Under the pieces are notes generated by a model that worked only from the letters and a program-made list of their open reading frames with translations, was not told where the DNA came from and searched no databases. Of a stretch of 42,170 nt of DNA, positions 41,493 through 42,170 are shown piece by piece. This DNA comes from Candidatus Methylomirabilota bacterium (lineage in GTDB: Bacteria > Methylomirabilota > Methylomirabilia > Rokubacteriales > CSP1-6): positions 1 to 42,170 of the forward strand of contig DATFGS010000306.1 in assembly GCA_035249225.1 (NCBI GenBank), read 5' to 3'. Each line of letters opens with the position of its first letter. The first letter of the stretch is position 1. The translations under genes and the position numbers were made by a program.

Positions 41493-42170
41493 TCAGGGAG
41501 GAAGCGGGGTCATCCCTCCCGAGGCCAGCTCCTCTTCCACCAGGGACGCCAGGTCGTTGAGCGCCCGCACGTCGTCGTCGCGCAGCTCGCGGGGGCGGCG
41601 GTCGACCAGGCAGAGCGTGCCCACTCGGCGGCCGAACATCCGGATCGGCCGGCCCGCGTAGAAGCGGGCGCGGATCTCGCCGGTCACCGCGGGGTTGTCC
41701 GCGAAGCGCGGGTCGGCGAGCGCGTCGGGCACGATGAACACACGGTCGTCGTGGATGGCGTGCGCGCAGAAGGAGAGCTCGCGCGACGTCTCCCGGATCT
41801 CGATCCCCTGGTGGGACTTGAACCACTGGCGCTCGGCGTCCACCAGGCTCACCAGCGCGATCGGGACGTCGAAGACCCGGCGGGCCAGCCGGGTGATCCG
41901 GTCGAAGCGCTCCTCGGGCGAGGAGTCGAGCACCCCGGCGTCGTGCAGCGCCCGCAGGCGGGCGGGCTCGTCGGGCGGAAGCGGGGCGCGCAGCCAGCGG
42001 CACGCCTGGCGGAGCGCCCACGCGCGGATCCGGGTGCGCGCGTAGAGGGTGGAGAACGGGGCGACGAGCCAGTCGGTCACCCCGGCCTGCGCGCCGGCGG
42101 CCCGGTCGGTCTCCGCCTCGTCGGTGGCCACGATCACGATGGGCAGCGCGGCGCCGCCCGCGGGGCCCGC
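41493..42170 (-). CDS. Receiver-GAF domain protein (partial; 5' end beyond the window)
   Basis: The reading frame is open to the window edge. The receiver C-terminal part (PIVIVATDE...DWLVAPF) is followed by a GAF-like domain (FDVPIALVSLVD...FCAHAI). Confidence 0.75.
   Translation of the reverse strand, partial: AGPAGGAALPIVIVATDEAETDRAAGAQAGVTDWLVAPFSTLYARTRIRAWALRQACRWLRAPLPPDEPARLRALHDAGVLDSSPEERFDRITRLARRVFDVPIALVSLVDAERQWFKSHQGIEIRETSRELSFCAHAIHDDRVFIVPDALADPRFADNPAVTGEIRARFYAGRPIRMFGRRVGTLCLVDRRPRELRDDDVRALNDLASLVEEELASGGMTPLPP

Noticed and set aside
1-42170. A scan for tRNA, rRNA, CRISPR repeats, transposase or integrase genes, reverse transcriptases and phage genes.
   Set aside because: No intergenic gap exceeds about 290 nt. 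None shows tRNA-like T-loop sequences or regularly spaced repeats, and no ORF shows DDE, tyrosine-recombinase or RT motifs.

Overview
Very GC-rich (about 70% by eye), densely coding bacterial chromosomal window. I support about 50 CDS, 1 pseudogene, 2 short repeat families and a handful of hairpins and promoter-like motifs. I saw no rRNA, tRNA, CRISPR array, transposase, integrase or phage genes.

Content from left to right:
- 61-5489: a sugar-type ABC importer (Tat-signal binding protein plus 2 permeases, no ATPase), a Gfo/Idh/MocA oxidoreductase and a SAM methyltransferase.
- 5538-7796: an island of seven tiny genes (51-134 aa). It includes an orphan HicA-like toxin and a three-gene microprotein operon, one member of which (51 aa, lmo0937-like) is missing from the ORF track.
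- 7970-11526: an Ldh2-family dehydrogenase, an amidohydrolase and a DUF3810-like HExxH membrane protein. A second copy of the small secreted protein that opens the island sits at 11263-11526.
- 11607-16150: a complete Liv-type branched-chain amino acid ABC operon.
- 16356-19442: a second sugar ABC locus.
- 19452-24616: a CheY-like regulator coupled to an SMP-30 lactonase, then miscellaneous redox genes and a frameshifted SnoaL-like pseudogene.
- 24602-40729: a roughly 16 kb catabolic-looking block. It holds a creatininase-family amidase, class III aminotransferase, DinB, VOC dioxygenase, NIPSNAP, three LLM oxidoreductases, an MFS transporter, an alpha/beta hydrolase and an orphan form-II CoxL-like molybdenum hydroxylase subunit. 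It also holds a TetR-controlled Rieske oxygenase, an amidohydrolase_2, a CMD-family protein and a HIBADH-like dehydrogenase.
- 40805-42170: a Methyltransf_16-like methyltransferase and a partial receiver-GAF protein at the window edge.

Leads most worth a second look:
1. The two back-to-back operons at 24.6-35.4 kb, which read like an unnamed N-heterocycle or lactam degradation route with a CoxL-like subunit lacking its usual partners.
2. A REP-like palindromic element embedded in frame inside the MFS gene, with a second copy just after its stop codon.
3. A 22-30 nt repeat (CGGAATG..AAGACCYGACCCC) placed symmetrically in front of two divergent genes at identical spacing to their ATGs, with a third copy elsewhere.
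4. The microprotein island with duplicated secreted proteins.

Nothing here carries hallmarks of a known defence or mobile system. All functional calls rest on my recognition of family motifs in the translations, not on database searches. The gene content resembles uncultivated soil lineages (for example Rokubacteria-like) or actinobacteria, but taxonomy cannot be settled from this window.
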